Source: Lingula anatina
Lineage: Eukaryota > Animalia > Brachiopoda
Assembly (NCBI GenBank): GCA_051362555.1
Contig: JBPQGU010000016.1
Location: forward strand, 992,001-1,056,000
Length of the DNA: 64,000 nucleotides
Reading direction: 5' to 3'
The position numbers were made by a program, and so were the translations under genes. The notes under the pieces were generated by a model, which saw nothing but the letters and a program-made list of their open reading frames with translations, was not told where the DNA came from and did no database searches. Positions 21,401 through 36,400 of the stretch are shown piece by piece (the first letter of the stretch is position 1; every line of letters starts with the position of its first letter).

Positions 21401-24400
21401 CACCCGGATTATCGATTGAAATAGCAAATATATACACATGTACATCCAAACTGGCCCTCTCCCTGACAAGCTAGAAAATTTCCATTTGATCCATCACTCA
21501 GCAACGAAGCTTCTGTGGCTCCGTGGTAACTCCGTTGCCTTGTGCGTGAGTGTATCCTTGTCCGCTGGTTCGAGACCCAGCAAAATGACTCTGATATTTT
21601 TTTCCTAAAAGTAATCTGTAAAATTTGCTTTTGATTACTATAAGAGGAAACTCGTACCTACGGAGGGTGGGCGGGTCAGTCACGGCGCAGTCGGTAGCGT
21701 GCTTGGATGCAAAAAAACAATACAAAGCGTCACCAACCATGGTAACGAGAAGTCACGAGTTCGAATCCCGGATGAGGCACGTCAGTCCATCACGACAACG
21801 ACCTTGCCCCCTGTTCGGGCAGTAACCAGAACGAATGCGGGCTCTCGTGGGTCCTAGCAATTTACCTTTTGCACAATAAAACGATATACTTGAGAATAAG
21901 TGATGGATTTAAAAAGAACATAGTAGCATAAAGTCTGCGTCGTCAATAATATGACATGGGAATGGTCATTGATCTCTATCTTTTTCCAGCTACGTCACCG
22001 ATCAAACTTGCATTGAGCTATTGCTAACCGCGTATAGAGCCTCGCCTGTCATACTGCAATTTCAGCAAAATGGGCTCTTTTCTCGGTGGGATTTTCAGAG
22101 GAAAAAAGTTTTATTTTTTACAAAAGTCGCCCCGCCGCTATTGCTTTTACCAGTTGTAAACTACGTTTGTCTTCTTATGCAACCCCTTCCTATCTTGGGT
22201 CCATGCTTCTCGAGACGGTTCATATGTTCATTCAGTACCCGAGGCAACTCCACAGTCAACAATGAAAGAGTAAAATCTACTCAAAACTGAAACCGCCAAG
22301 GTGTGAACAGCTGTGGATCTCATCGCGCTCTTTAACGTCAAAGGTGAAACCACACGTTATCTCGTTGCAAAATAAAATGAAACTAAAAACATCTGAACTC
22401 ATCTTACTAGGACCATTTCCAGCGGATAAGCAATGAAACCGATCGACCTTGTATTGATTCAGTAGCTTCAGGTATAACAGCACGTCATACCACCAACCGA
22501 TCGACCTTGAATTGATTCAGTAGCTTCAGGTATAACAAACAACACGTCATACCACCTGTTAACCGCGTTCACCCGAAAAAAAATTTCTTCTGGGCAGAAT
22601 TATTTGCCAAATATGTTTTACTCGAAATTCGCATCGACGCAATTGCTTGAATGGAAAACACACCAGTTTTCTGCACATTTGAACGTTTTAATTACAATAT
22701 ACGCTTATTATCCGTTTTGTGAGCAAACGCATTTTTCTTACGGTATAGAACATAACAATAAAATGAAAAAGCAGGGCAAGTAAAGATTACTTGTCTTGAA
22801 AAAGTTTGTTGTAATTGTTTATATAATGGATAGGTCTACGTTATCAATAAATACGTTACCAAAAAACGTGAAGGTATTGTTTTCTGTTTTCATTCTTTGT
22901 TGTCCTTTGGTGCGACACTGTGGATGCGTGCGACGTTGTACATGTGCGCACGCATGTATATACGTCGCTCATCCTTCTTTGTTACGTTATTATGATACAT
23001 ACGTTACCGTGAAGCGTGTAAATATACATTTATTCTATTTACATTGGTTGTCTTTTGTTTTGTGGGCACAAAACACTTCTGCCTTAAAGTGTTGGCCCAC
23101 AAAACGAAAGACAAACCACTGTAAATAAAATAAATAAATATTTACACGGATCACGGTAACGTATATATCGGTAACGTATGTATCATTTTAACGTAACAAA
23201 GAAGAATGAGCGACGTATAAACATGCGTGCGCACATATACAACGTCACGCGCACACACAGAGTCTTGACAAAGGACAACAAACAATGAAATCAAAAAATC
23301 ATGAACTTTTAAAACGGTCATGAAAAACCTTGGTCGAGGACTGGGGTTGCCCGGGTTGAAATAGGGCACCCGGATTATCGATTGAAATAGCAAATATATA
23401 CACATGTACATCCAAACTGGCCCTCTCCCTGACAAGCTAGAAAATTTCCATTTGATCCATCACTCAGCAACGAAGCTTCTGTGGCTCCGTGGTAACTCCG
23501 TTGCCTTGTGCGTGAGTGTATCCTTGTCCGCTGGTTCGAGACCCAGCAAAATGACTCTGATATTTTTTTCCTAAAAGTAATCTGTAAAATTTGCTTTTGA
23601 TTACTATAAGAGGAAACTCGTACCTACGGAGGGTGGGCGGGTCAGTCACGGCGCAGTCGGTAGCGTGCTTGGATGCAAAAAAACAATACAAAGCGTCACC
23701 AACCATGGTAACGAGAAGTCACGAGTTCGAATCCCGGATGAGGCACGTCAGTCCATCACGACAACGACCTTGCCCCCTGTTCGGGCAGTAACCAGAACGA
23801 ATGCGGGCTCTCGTGGGTCCTAGCAATTTACCTTTTGCACAATAAAACGATATACTTGAGAATAAGTGATGGATTTAAAAAGAACATAGTAGCATAAAGT
23901 CTGCGTCGTCAATAATATGACATGGGAATGGTCATTGATCTCTATCTTTTTCCAGCTACGTCACCGATCAAACTTGCATTGAGCTATTGCTAACCGCGTA
24001 TAGAGCCTCGCCTGTCATACTGCAATTTCAGCAAAATGGGCTCTTTTCTCGGTGGGATTTTCAGAGGAAAAAAGTTTTATTTTTTACAAAAGTCGCCCCG
24101 CCGCTATTGCTTTTACCAGTTGTAAACTACGTTTGTCTTCTTATGCAACCCCTTCCTATCTTGGGTCCATGCTTCTCGAGACGGTTCATATGTTCATTCA
24201 GTACCCGAGGCAACTCCACAGTCAACAATGAAAGAGTAAAATCTACTCAAAACTGAAACCGCCAAGGTGTGAACAGCTGTGGATCTCATCGCGCTCTTTA
24301 ACGTCAAAGGTGAAACCACACGTTATCTCATTGCAAAATAAAATGAAACTAAAAACATCTGAACTCATCTTACTAGGACCATTTCCAGCGGATAAGCAAT

Positions 24401-27400
24401 GAAACCGATCGACCTTGTATTGATTCAGTAGCTTCAGGTATAACAGCACGTCATACCACCAACCGATCGACCTTGAATTGATTCAGTAGCTTCAGGTATA
24501 ACAAACAACACGTCATACCACCTGTTAACCGCGTTCACCCGAAAAAAAATTTCTTCTGGGCAGAATTATTTGCCAAATATGTTTTACTCGAAATTCGCAT
24601 CGACGCAATTGCTTGAATGGAAAAACACACCAGTTTTCTGCACATTTGAACGTTTTAATTACAATATACGCTTATTATCCGTTTTGTGAGCAAACGCATT
24701 TTTCTTACGGTATAGAACATAACAATAAAATGAAAAAGCAGGGCAAGTAAAGATTACTTGTCTTGAAAAAGTTTGTTGTAATTGTTTATATAATGGATAG
24801 GTCTACGTTATCAATAAATACGTTACCAAAAAACGTGAAGGTATTGTTTTCTGTTTTCATTCTTTGTTGTCCTTTGGTGCGACACTGTGGATGCGTGCGA
24901 CGTTGTACATGTGCGCACGCATGTATATACGTCGCTCATCCTTCTTTGTTACGTTATTATGATACATACGTTACCGTGAAGCGTGTAAATATACATTTAT
25001 TCTATTTACATTGGTTGTCTTTTGTTTTGTGGGCACAAAACACTTCTGCCTTAAAGTGTTGGCCCACAAAACGAAAGACAAACCACTGTAAATAAAATAA
25101 ATAAATATTTACACGGATCACGGTAACGTATATATCGGTAACGTATGTATCATTTTAACGTAACAAAGAAGAATGAGCGACGTATAAACATGCGTGCGCA
25201 CATATACAACGTCACGCGCACACACAGAGTCTTGACAAAGGACAACAAACAATGAAATCAAAAAATCATGAACTTTTAAAACGGTCATGAAAAACCTTGG
25301 TCGAGGACTGGGGTTGCCCGGGTTGAAATAGGGCACCCGGATTATCGATTGAAATAGCAAATATATACACATGTACATCCAAACTGGCCCTCTCCCTGAC
25401 AAGCTAGAAAATTTCCATTTGATCCATCACTCAGCAACGAAGCTTCTGTGGCTCCGTGGTAACTCCGTTGCCTTGTGCGTGAGTGTATCCTTGTCCGCTG
25501 GTTCGAGACCCAGCAAAATGACTCTGATATTTTTTTCCTAAAAGTAATCTGTAAAATTTGCTTTTGATTACTATAAGAGGAAACTCGTACCTACGGAGGG
25601 TGGGCGGGTCAGTCACGGCGCAGTCGGTAGCGTGCTTGGATGCAAAAAAAACAATACAAAGCGTCACCAACCATGGTAACGAGAAGTCACGAGTTCGAAT
25701 CCCGGATGAGGCACGTCAGTCCATCACGACAACGACCTTGCCCCCTGTTCGGGCAGTAACCAGAACGAATGCGGGCTCTCGTGGGTCCTAGCAATTTACC
25801 TTTTGCACAATAAAACGATATACTTGAGAATAAGTGATGGATTTAAAAAGAACATAGTAGCATAAAGTCTGCGTCGTCAATAATATGACATGGGAATGGT
25901 CATTGATCTCTATCTTTTTCCAGCTACGTCACCGATCAAACTTGCATTGAGCTATTGCTAACCGCGTATAGAGCCTCGCCTGTCATACTGCAATTTCAGC
26001 AAAATGGGCTCTTTTCTCGGTGGGATTTTCAGAGGAAAAAAGTTTTATTTTTTACAAAAGTCGCCCCGCCGCTATTGCTTTTACCAGTTGTAAACTACGT
26101 TTGTCTTCTTATGCAACCCCTTCCTATCTTGGGTCCATGCTTCTCGAGACGGTTCATATGTTCATTCAGTACCCGAGGCAACTCCACAGTCAACAATGAA
26201 AGAGTAAAATCTACTCAAAACTGAAACCGCCAAGGTGTGAACAGCTGTGGATCTCATCGCGCTCTTTAACGTCAAAGGTGAAACCACACGTTATCTCATT
26301 GCAAAATAAAATGAAACTAAAAACATCTGAACTCATCTTACTAGGAACATTTCCAGCGGATAAGCAATGAAACCGATCGACCTTGTATTGATTCAGTAGC
26401 TTCAGGTATAACAGCACGTCATACCACCAACCGATCGACCTTGAATTGATTCAGTAGCTTCAGGTATAACAAACAACACGTCATACCACCTGTTAACCGC
26501 GTTCACCCGAAAAAAAATTTCTTCTGGGCAGAATTATTTGCCAAATATGTTTTACTCGAAATTCACATCGACGCAATTGCTTGAATGGAAAACACACCAG
26601 TTTTCTGCACATTTGAACGTTTTAATTACAATATACGCTTATTATCCGTTTTGTGAGCAAACGCATTTTTCTTACGGTATAGAACATAACAATAAAATGA
26701 AAAAGCAGGGCAAGTAAAGTTAACTTGTCTTGAAAAAGTTTGTTGTAATTGTTTATATAATGGATAGGTCTACGTTATCAATAAATACGTTACCAAAAAA
26801 CGTGAAGGTATTGTTTTCTGTTTTCATTCTTTGTTGTCCTTTGGTGCGACACTGTGGATGCGTGCGACGTTGTACATGTGCGCACGCATGTATATTCGTC
26901 GCTCATCCTTCTTTGTTACGTTATTATGATACATACGTTACCGTGAAGCGTGTAAATATACATTTATTCTATTTACATTGGTTGTCTTTTGTTTTGTGGG
27001 CACAAAACACTTCTGCCTTAAAGTGTTGGCCCACAAAACGAAAGACAAACCACTGTAAATAAAATAAATAAATATTTACACGGATCACGGTAACGTATAT
27101 ATCGGTAACGTATGTATCATTTTAACGTAACAAAGAAGAATGAGCGACGTATAAACATGCGTGCGCACATATACAACGTCACGCGCACACACAGAGTCTT
27201 GACAAAGGACAACAAACAATGAAATCAAAAAATCATGAACTTTTAAAACGGTCATGAAAAACCTTGGTCGAGGACTGGGGTTGCCCGGGTTGAAATAGGG
27301 CACCCGGATTATCGATTGAAATAGCAAATATATACACATGTACATCCAAACTGGCCCTCTCCCTGACAAGCTAGAAAATTTCCATTTGATCCATCACTCA

Positions 27401-30400
27401 GCAACGAAGCTTCTGTGGCTCCGTGGTAACTCCGTTGCCTTGTGCGTGAGTGTATCCTTGTCCGCTGGTTCGAGACCCAGCAAAATGACTCTGATATTTT
27501 TTTCCTAAAAGTAATCTGTAAAATTTGCTTTTGATTACTATAAGAGGAAACTCGTACCTACGGAGGGTGGGCGGGTCAGTCACGGCGCAGTCGGTAGCGT
27601 GCTTGGATGCAAAAAAACAATACAAAGCGTCACCAACCATGGTAACGAGAAGTCACGAGTTCGAATCCCGGATGAGGCACGTCAGTCCATCACGACAACG
27701 ACCTTGCCCCCTGTTCGGGCAGTAACCAGAACGAATGCGGGCTCTCGTGGGTCCTAGCAATTTACCTTTTGCACAATAAAACGATATACTTGAGAATAAG
27801 TGATGGATTTAAAAAGAACATAGTAGCATAAAGTCTGCGTCGTCAATAATATGACATGGGAATGGTCATTGATCTCTATCTTTTTCCAGCTACGTCACCG
27901 ATCAAACTTGCATTGAGCTATTGCTAACCGCGTATAGAGCCTCGCCTGTCATACTGCAATTTCAGCAAAATGGGCTCTTTTCTCGGTGGGATTTTCAGAG
28001 GCAAAAAGTTTTATTTTTTACAAAAGTCGCCCCGCCGCTATTGCTTTTACCAGTTGTAAACTACGTTTGTCTTCTTATGCAACCCCTTCCTATCTTGGGT
28101 CCATGCTTCTCGAGACGGTTCATATGTTCATTCAGTACCCGAGGCAACTCCACAGTCAACAATGAAAGAGTAAAATCTACTCAAAACTGAAACCGCCAAG
28201 GTGTGAACAGCTGTGGATCTCATCGCGCTCTTTAACGTCAAAGGTGAAACCACACGTTATCTCATTGCAAAATAAAATGAAACTAAAAACATCTGAACTC
28301 ATCTTACTAGGAACATTTCCAGCGGATAAGCAATGAAACCGATCGACCTTGTATTGATTCAGTAGCTTCAGGTATAACAGCACGTCATACCACCAACCGA
28401 TCGACCTTGAATTGATTCAGTAGCTTCAGGTATAACAAACAACACGTCATACCACCTGTTAACCGCGTTCACCCGAAAAAAAATTTCTTCTGGGCAGAAT
28501 TATTTGCCAAATATGTTTTACTCGAAATTCGCATCGACGCAATTGCTTGAATGGAAAACACACCAGTTTTCTGCACATTTGAACGTTTTAATTACAATAT
28601 ACGCTTATTATCCGTTTTGTGAGCAAACGCATTTTTCTTACGGTATAGAACATAACAATAAAATGAAAAAGCAGGGCAAGTAAAGTTAACTTGTCTTGAA
28701 AAAGTTTGTTGTAATTGTTTATATAATGGATAGGTCTACGTTATCAATAAATACGTTACCAAAAAACGTGAAGGTATTGTTTTCTGTTTTCATTCTTTGT
28801 TGTCCTTTGGTGCGACACTGTGGATGCGTGCGACGTTGTACATGTGCGCACGCATGTATATTCGTCGCTCATCCTTCTTTGTTACGTTATTATGATACAT
28901 ACGTTACCGTGAAGCGTGTAAATATACATTTATTCTATTTACATTGGTTGTCTTTTGTTTTGTGGGCACAAAACACTTCTGCCTTAAAGTGTTGGCCCAC
29001 AAAACGAAAGACAAACCACTGTAAATAAAATAAATAAATATTTACACGGATCACGGTAACGTATATATCGGTAACGTATGTATCATTTTAACGTAACAAA
29101 GAAGAATGAGCGACGTATAAACATGCGTGCGCACATATACAACGTCACGCGCACACACAGAGTCTTGACAAAGGACAACAAACAATGAAATCAAAAAATC
29201 ATGAACTTTTAAAACGGTCATGAAAAACCTTGGTCGAGGACTGGGGTTGCCCGGGTTGAAATAGGGCACCCGGATTATCGATTGAAATAGCAAATATATA
29301 CACATGTACATCCAAACTGGCCCTCTCCCTGACAAGCTAGAAAATTTCCATTTGATCCATCACTCAGCAACGAAGCTTCTGTGGCTCCGTGGTAACTCCG
29401 TTGCCTTGTGCGTGAGTGTATCCTTGTCCGCTGGTTCGAGACCCAGCAAAATGACTCTGATATTTTTTTCCTAAAAGTAATCTGTAAAATTTGCTTTTGA
29501 TTACTATAAGAGGAAACTCGTACCTACGGAGGGTGGGCGGGTCAGTCACGGCGCAGTCGGTAGCGTGCTTGGATGCAAAAAAACAATACAAAGCGTCACC
29601 AACCATGGTAACGAGAAGTCACGAGTTCGAATCCCGGATGAGGCACGTCAGTCCATCACGACAACGACCTTGCCCCCTGTTCGGGCAGTAACCAGAACGA
29701 ATGCGGGCTCTCGTGGGTCCTAGCAATTTACCTTTTGCACAATAAAACGATATACTTGAGAATAAGTGATGGATTTAAAAAGAACATAGTAGCATAAAGT
29801 CTGCGTCGTCAATAATATGACATGGGAATGGTCATTGATCTCTATCTTTTTCCAGCTACGTCACCGATCAAACTTGCATTGAGCTATTGCTAACCGCGTA
29901 TAGAGCCTCGCCTGTCATACTGCAATTTCAGCAAAATGGGCTCTTTTCTCGGTGGGATTTTCAGAGGCAAAAAGTTTTATTTTTTACAAAAGTCGCCCCG
30001 CCGCTATTGCTTTTACCAGTTGTAAACTACGTTTGTCTTCTTATGCAACCCCTTCCTATCTTGGGTCCATGCTTCTCGAGACGGTTCATATGTTCATTCA
30101 GTACCCGAGGCAACTCCACAGTCAACAATGAAAGAGTAAAATCTACTCAAAACTGAAACCGCCAAGGTGTGAACAGCTGTGGATCTCATCGCGCTCTTTA
30201 ACGTCAAAGGTGAAACCACACGTTATCTCATTGCAAAATAAAATGAAACTAAAAACATCTGAACTCATCTTACTAGGAACATTTCCAGCGGATAAGCAAT
30301 GAAACCGATCGACCTTGTATTGATTCAGTAGCTTCAGGTATAACAGCACGTCATACCACCAACCGATCGACCTTGAATTGATTCAGTAGCTTCAGGTATA

Positions 30401-33400
30401 ACAAACAACACGTCATACCACCTGTTAACCGCGTTCACCCGAAAAAAAATTTCTTCTGGGCAGAATTATTTGCCAAATATGTTTTACTCGAAATTCGCAT
30501 CGACGCAATTGCTTGAATGGAAAACACACCAGTTTTCTGCACATTTGAACGTTTTAATTACAATATACGCTTATTATCCGTTTTGTGAGCAAACGCATTT
30601 TTCTTACGGTATAGAACATAACAATAAAATGAAAAAGCAGGGCAAGTAAAGATTACTTGTCTTGAAAAAGTTTGTTGTAATTGTTTATATAATGGATAGG
30701 TCTACGTTATCAATAAATACGTTACCAAAAAACGTGAAGGTATTGTTTTCTGTTTTCATTCTTTGTTGTCCTTTGGTGCGACACTGTGGATGCGTGCGAC
30801 GTTGTACATGTGCGCACGCATGTATATACGTCGCTCATCCTTCTTTGTTACGTTATTATGATACATACGTTACCATGAAGCGTGTAAATATACATTTATT
30901 CTATTTACATTGGTTGTCTTTTGTTTTGTGGGCACAAAACACTTCTGCCTTAAAGTGTTGGCCCACAAAACGAAAGACAAACCACTGTAAATAAAATAAA
31001 TAAATATTTACACGGATCACGGTAACGTGTATATCGGTAACGTATGTATCATTTTAACGTAACAAAGAAGAATGAGCGACGTATAAACATGCGTGCGCAC
31101 ATATACAACGTCACGCGCACACACAGAGTCTTGACAAAGGACAACAAACAATGAAATCAAAAAATCATGAACTTTTAAAACGGTCATGAAAAACCTTGGT
31201 CGAGGACTGGGGTTGCCCGGGTTGAAATAGGGCACCCGGATTATCGATTGAAATAGCAAATATATACACATGTACATCCAAACTGGCCCTCTCCCTGACA
31301 AGCTAGAAAATTTCCATTTGATCCATCACTCAGCAACGAAGCTTCTGTGGCTCCGTGGTAACTCCGTTGCCTTGTGCGTGAGTGTATCCTTGTCCGCTGG
31401 TTCGAGACCCAGCAAAATGACTCTGATATTTTTTTCCTAAAAGTAATCTGTAAAATTTGCTATTGATTACTATAAGAGGAAACTCGTACCTACGGAGGGT
31501 GGGCGGGTCAGTCACGGCGCAGTCGGTAGCGTGCTTGGATGCAAAAAAACAATACAAAGCGTCACCAACCATGGTAACGAGAAGTCACGAGTTCGAATCC
31601 CGGATGAGGCACGTCAGTCCATCACGACAACGACCTTGCCCCCTGTTCGGGCAGTAACCAGAACGAATGCGGGCTCTCGTGGGTCCTAGCAATTTACCTT
31701 TTGCACAATAAAACGATATACTTGAGAATAAGTGATGGATTTAAAAAGAACATAGTAGCATAAAGTCTGCGTCGTCAATAATATGACATGGGAATGGTCA
31801 TTGATCTCTATCTTTTTCCAGCTACGTCACCGATCAAACTTGCATTGAGCTATTGCTAACCGCGTATAGAGCCTCGCCTGTCATACTGCAATTTCAGCAA
31901 AATGGGCTCTTTTCTCGGTGGGATTTTCAGAGGCAAAAAGTTTTATTTTTTACAAAAGTCGCCCCGCCGCTATTGCTTTTACCAGTTGTAAACTACGTTT
32001 GTCTTCTTATGCAACCCCTTCCTATCTTGGGTCCATGCTTCTCGAGACGGTTCATATGTTCATTCAGTACCCGAGGCAACTCCACAGTCAACAATGAAAG
32101 AGTAAAATCTACTCAAAACTGAAACCGCCAAGGTGTGAACAGCTGTGGATCTCATCGCGCTCTTTAACGTCAAAGGTGAAACCACACGTTATCTCATTGC
32201 AAAATAAAATGAAACTAAAAACATCTGAACTCATCTTACTAGGAACATTTCCAGCGGATAAGCAATGAAACCGATCGACCTTGTATTGATTCAGTAGCTT
32301 CAGGTATAACAGCACGTCATACCACCAACCGATCGACCTTGAATTGATTCAGTAGCTTCAGGTATAACAAACAACACGTCATACCACCTGTTAACCGCGT
32401 TCACCCGAAAAAAAATTTCTTCTGGGCAGAATTATTTGCCAAATATGTTTTACTCGAAATTCGCATCGACGCAATTGCTTGAATGGAAAACACACCAGTT
32501 TTCTGCACATTTGAACGTTTTAATTACAATATACGCTTATTATCCGTTTTGTGAGCAAACGCATTTTTTTACGGTATAGAACATAACAATAAAATGAAAA
32601 AGCAGGGCAAGTAAAGATTACTTGTCTTGAAAAAGTTTGTTGTAATTGTTTATATAATGGATAGGTCTACGTTATCAATTAATACGTTACCAAAAAACGT
32701 GAAGGTATTGTTTTCTGTTTTCATTCTTTGTTGTCCTTTGGTGCGACACTGTGGATGCGTGCGACGTTGTACATGTGCGCACGCATGTATATACGTCGCT
32801 CATCCTTCTTTGTTACGTTATTATGATACATACGTTACCATGAAGCGTGTAAATATACATTTATTCTATTTACATTGGTTGTCTTTTGTTTTGTGGGCAC
32901 AAAACACTTCTGCCTTAAAGTGTTGGCCCACAAAACGAAAGACAAACCACTGTAAATAAAATAAATAAATATTTACACGGATCACGGTAACGTATATATC
33001 GGTAACGTATGTATCATTTTAACGTAACAAAGAAGAATGAGCGACGTATAAACATGCGTGCGCACATATACAACGTCACGCGCACACACAGAGTCTTGAC
33101 AAAGGACAACAAACAATGAAATCAAAAAATCATGAACTTTTAAAACGGTCATGAAAAACCTTGGTCGAGGACTGGGGTTGCCCGGGTTGAAATAGGGCAC
33201 CCGGATTATCGATTGAAATAGCAAATATATACACATGTACATCCAAACTGGCCCTCTCCCTGACAAGCTAGAAAATTTCCATTTGATCCATCACTCAGCA
33301 ACGAAGCTTCTGTGGCTCCGTGGTAACTCCGTTGCCTTGTGCGTGAGTGTATCCTTGTCCGCTGGTTCGAGACCCAGCAAAATGACTCTGATATTTTTTT

Positions 33401-36400
33401 CCTAAAAGTAATCTGTAAAATTTGCTTTTGATTACTATAAGAGGAAACTCGTACCTACGGAGGGTGGGCGGGTCAGTCACGGCGCAGTCGGTAGCGTGCT
33501 TGGATGCAAAAAAACAATACAAAGCGTCACCAACCATGGTAACGAGAAGTCACGAGTTCGAATCCCGGATGAGGTACGTCAGTCCATCACGACAACGACC
33601 TTGCCCCCTGTTCGGGCAGTAACCAGAACGAATGCGGGCTCTCGTGGGTCCTAGCAATTTACCTTTTGCACAATAAAACGATATACTTGAGAATAAGTGA
33701 TGGATTTAAAAAGAACATAGTAGCATAAAGTCTGCGTCGTCAATAATATGACATGGGAATGGTCATTGATCTCTATCTTTTTCCAGCTACGTCACCGATC
33801 AAACTTGCATTGAGCTATTGCTAACCGCGTATAGAGCCTCGCCTGTCATACTGCAATTTCAGCAAAATGGGCTCTTTTCTCGGTGGGATTTTCAGAGGAA
33901 AAAAGTTTTATTTTTTACAAAAGTCGCCCCGCCGCTATTGCTTTTATCAGTTGTAAACTACGTTTGTCTTCTTATGCAACCCCTTCCTATCTTGGGTCCA
34001 TGCTTCTCGAGACGGTTCATATGTTCATTCAGTACCCGAGGCAACTCCACAGTCAACAATGAAAGAGTAAAATCTACTCAAAACTGAAACCGCCAAGGTG
34101 TGAACAGCTGTGGATCTCATCGCGCTCTTTAACGTCAAAGGTGAAACCACACGTTATCTCATTGCAAAATAAAATGAAACTAAAAACATCTGAACTCATC
34201 TTACTAGGAACATTTCCAGCGGATAAGCAATGAAACCGATCGACCTTGTATTGATTCAGTAGCTTCAGGTATAACAGCACGTCATACCACCAACCGATCG
34301 ACCTTGAATTGATTCAGTAGCTTCAGGTATAACAAACAACACGTCATACCACCTGTTAACCGCGTTCACCCGAAAAAAAATTTCTTCTGGGCAGAATTAT
34401 TTGCCAAATATGTTTTACTCGAAATTCGCATCGACGCAATTGCTTGAATGGAAAACACACCAGTTTTCTGCACATTTGAACGTTTTAATTACAATATACG
34501 CTTATTATCCGTTTTGTGAGCAAACGCATTTTTCTTACGGTATAGAACATAACAATAAAATGAAAAAGCAGGGCAAGTAAAGATTACTTGTCTTGAAAAA
34601 GTTTGTTGTAATTGTTTATATAATGGATAGGTCTACGTTATCAATTAATACGTTACCAAAAAACGTGAAGGTATTGTTTTCTGTTTTCATTCTTTGTTGT
34701 CCTTTGGTGCGACACTGTGGATGCGTGCGACGTTGTACATGTGCGCACGCATGTATATACGTCGCTCATCCTTCTTTGTTACGTTATTATGATACATACG
34801 TTACCATGAAGCGTGTAAATATACATTTATTCTATTTACATTGGTTGTCTTTTGTTTTGTGGGCACAAAACACTTCTGCCTTAAAGTGTTGGCCCACAAA
34901 ACGAAAGACAAACCACTGTAAATAAAATAAATAAATATTTACACGGATCACGGTAACGTATATATCGGTAACGTATGTATCATTTTAACGTAACAAAGAA
35001 GAATGAGCGACGTATAAACATGCGTGCGCACATATACAACGTCACGCGCACACACAGAGTCTTGACAAAGGACAACAAACAATGAAATCAAAAAATCATG
35101 AACTTTTAAAACGGTCATGAAAAACCTTGGTCGAGGACTGGGGTTGCCCGGGTTGAAATAGGGCACCCGGATTATCGATTGAAATAGCAAATATATACAC
35201 ATGTACATCCAAACTGGCCCTCTCCCTGACAAGCTAGAAAATTTCCATTTGATCCATCACTCAGCAACGAAGCTTCTGTGGCTCCGTGGTAACTCCGTTG
35301 CCTTGTGCGTGAGTGTATCCTTGTCCGCTGGTTCGAGACCCAGCAAAATGACTCTGATATTTTTTTCCTAAAAGTAATCTGTAAAATTTGCTTTTGATTA
35401 CTATAAGAGGAAACTCGTACCTACGGAGGGTGGGCGGGTCAGTCACGGCGCAGTCGGTAGCGTGCTTGGATGCAAAAAAACAATACAAAGCGTCACCAAC
35501 CATGGTAACGAGAAGTCACGAGTTCGAATCCCGGATGAGGTACGTCAGTCCATCACGACAACGACCTTGCCCCCTGTTCGGGCAGTAACCAGAACGAATG
35601 CGGGCTCTCGTGGGTCCTAGCAATTTACCTTTTGCACAATAAAACGATATACTTGAGAATAAGTGATGGATTTAAAAAGAACATAGTAGCATAAAGTCTG
35701 CGTCGTCAATAATATGACATGGGAATGGTCATTGATCTCTATCTTTTTCCAGCTACGTCACCGATCAAACTTGCATTGAGCTATTGCTAACCGCGTATAG
35801 AGCCTCGCCTGTCATACTGCAATTTCAGCAAAATGGGCTCTTTTCTCGGTGGGATTTTCAGAGGAAAAAAGTTTTATTTTTTACAAAAGTCGCCCCGCCG
35901 CTATTGCTTTTATCAGTTGTAAACTACGTTTGTCTTCTTATGCAACCCCTTCCTATCTTGGGTCCATGCTTCTCGAGACGGTTCATATGTTCATTCAGTA
36001 CCCGAGGCAACTCCACAGTCAACAATGAAAGAGTAAAATCTACTCAAAACTGAAACCGCCAAGGTGTGAACAGCTGTGGATCTCATCGCGCTCTTTAACG
36101 TCAAAGGTGAAACCACACGTTATCTCATTGCAAAATAAAATGAAACTAAAAACATCTGAACTCATCTTACTAGGAACATTTCCAGCGGATAAGCAATGAA
36201 ACCGATCGACCTTGTATTGATTCAGTAGCTTCAGGTATAACAGCACGTCATACCACCAACCGATCGACCTTGAATTGATTCAGTAGCTTCAGGTATAACA
36301 AACAACACGTCATACCACCTGTTAACCGCGTTCACCCGAAAAAAAATTTCTTCTGGGCAGAATTATTTGCCAAATATGTTTTACTCGAAATTCGCATCGA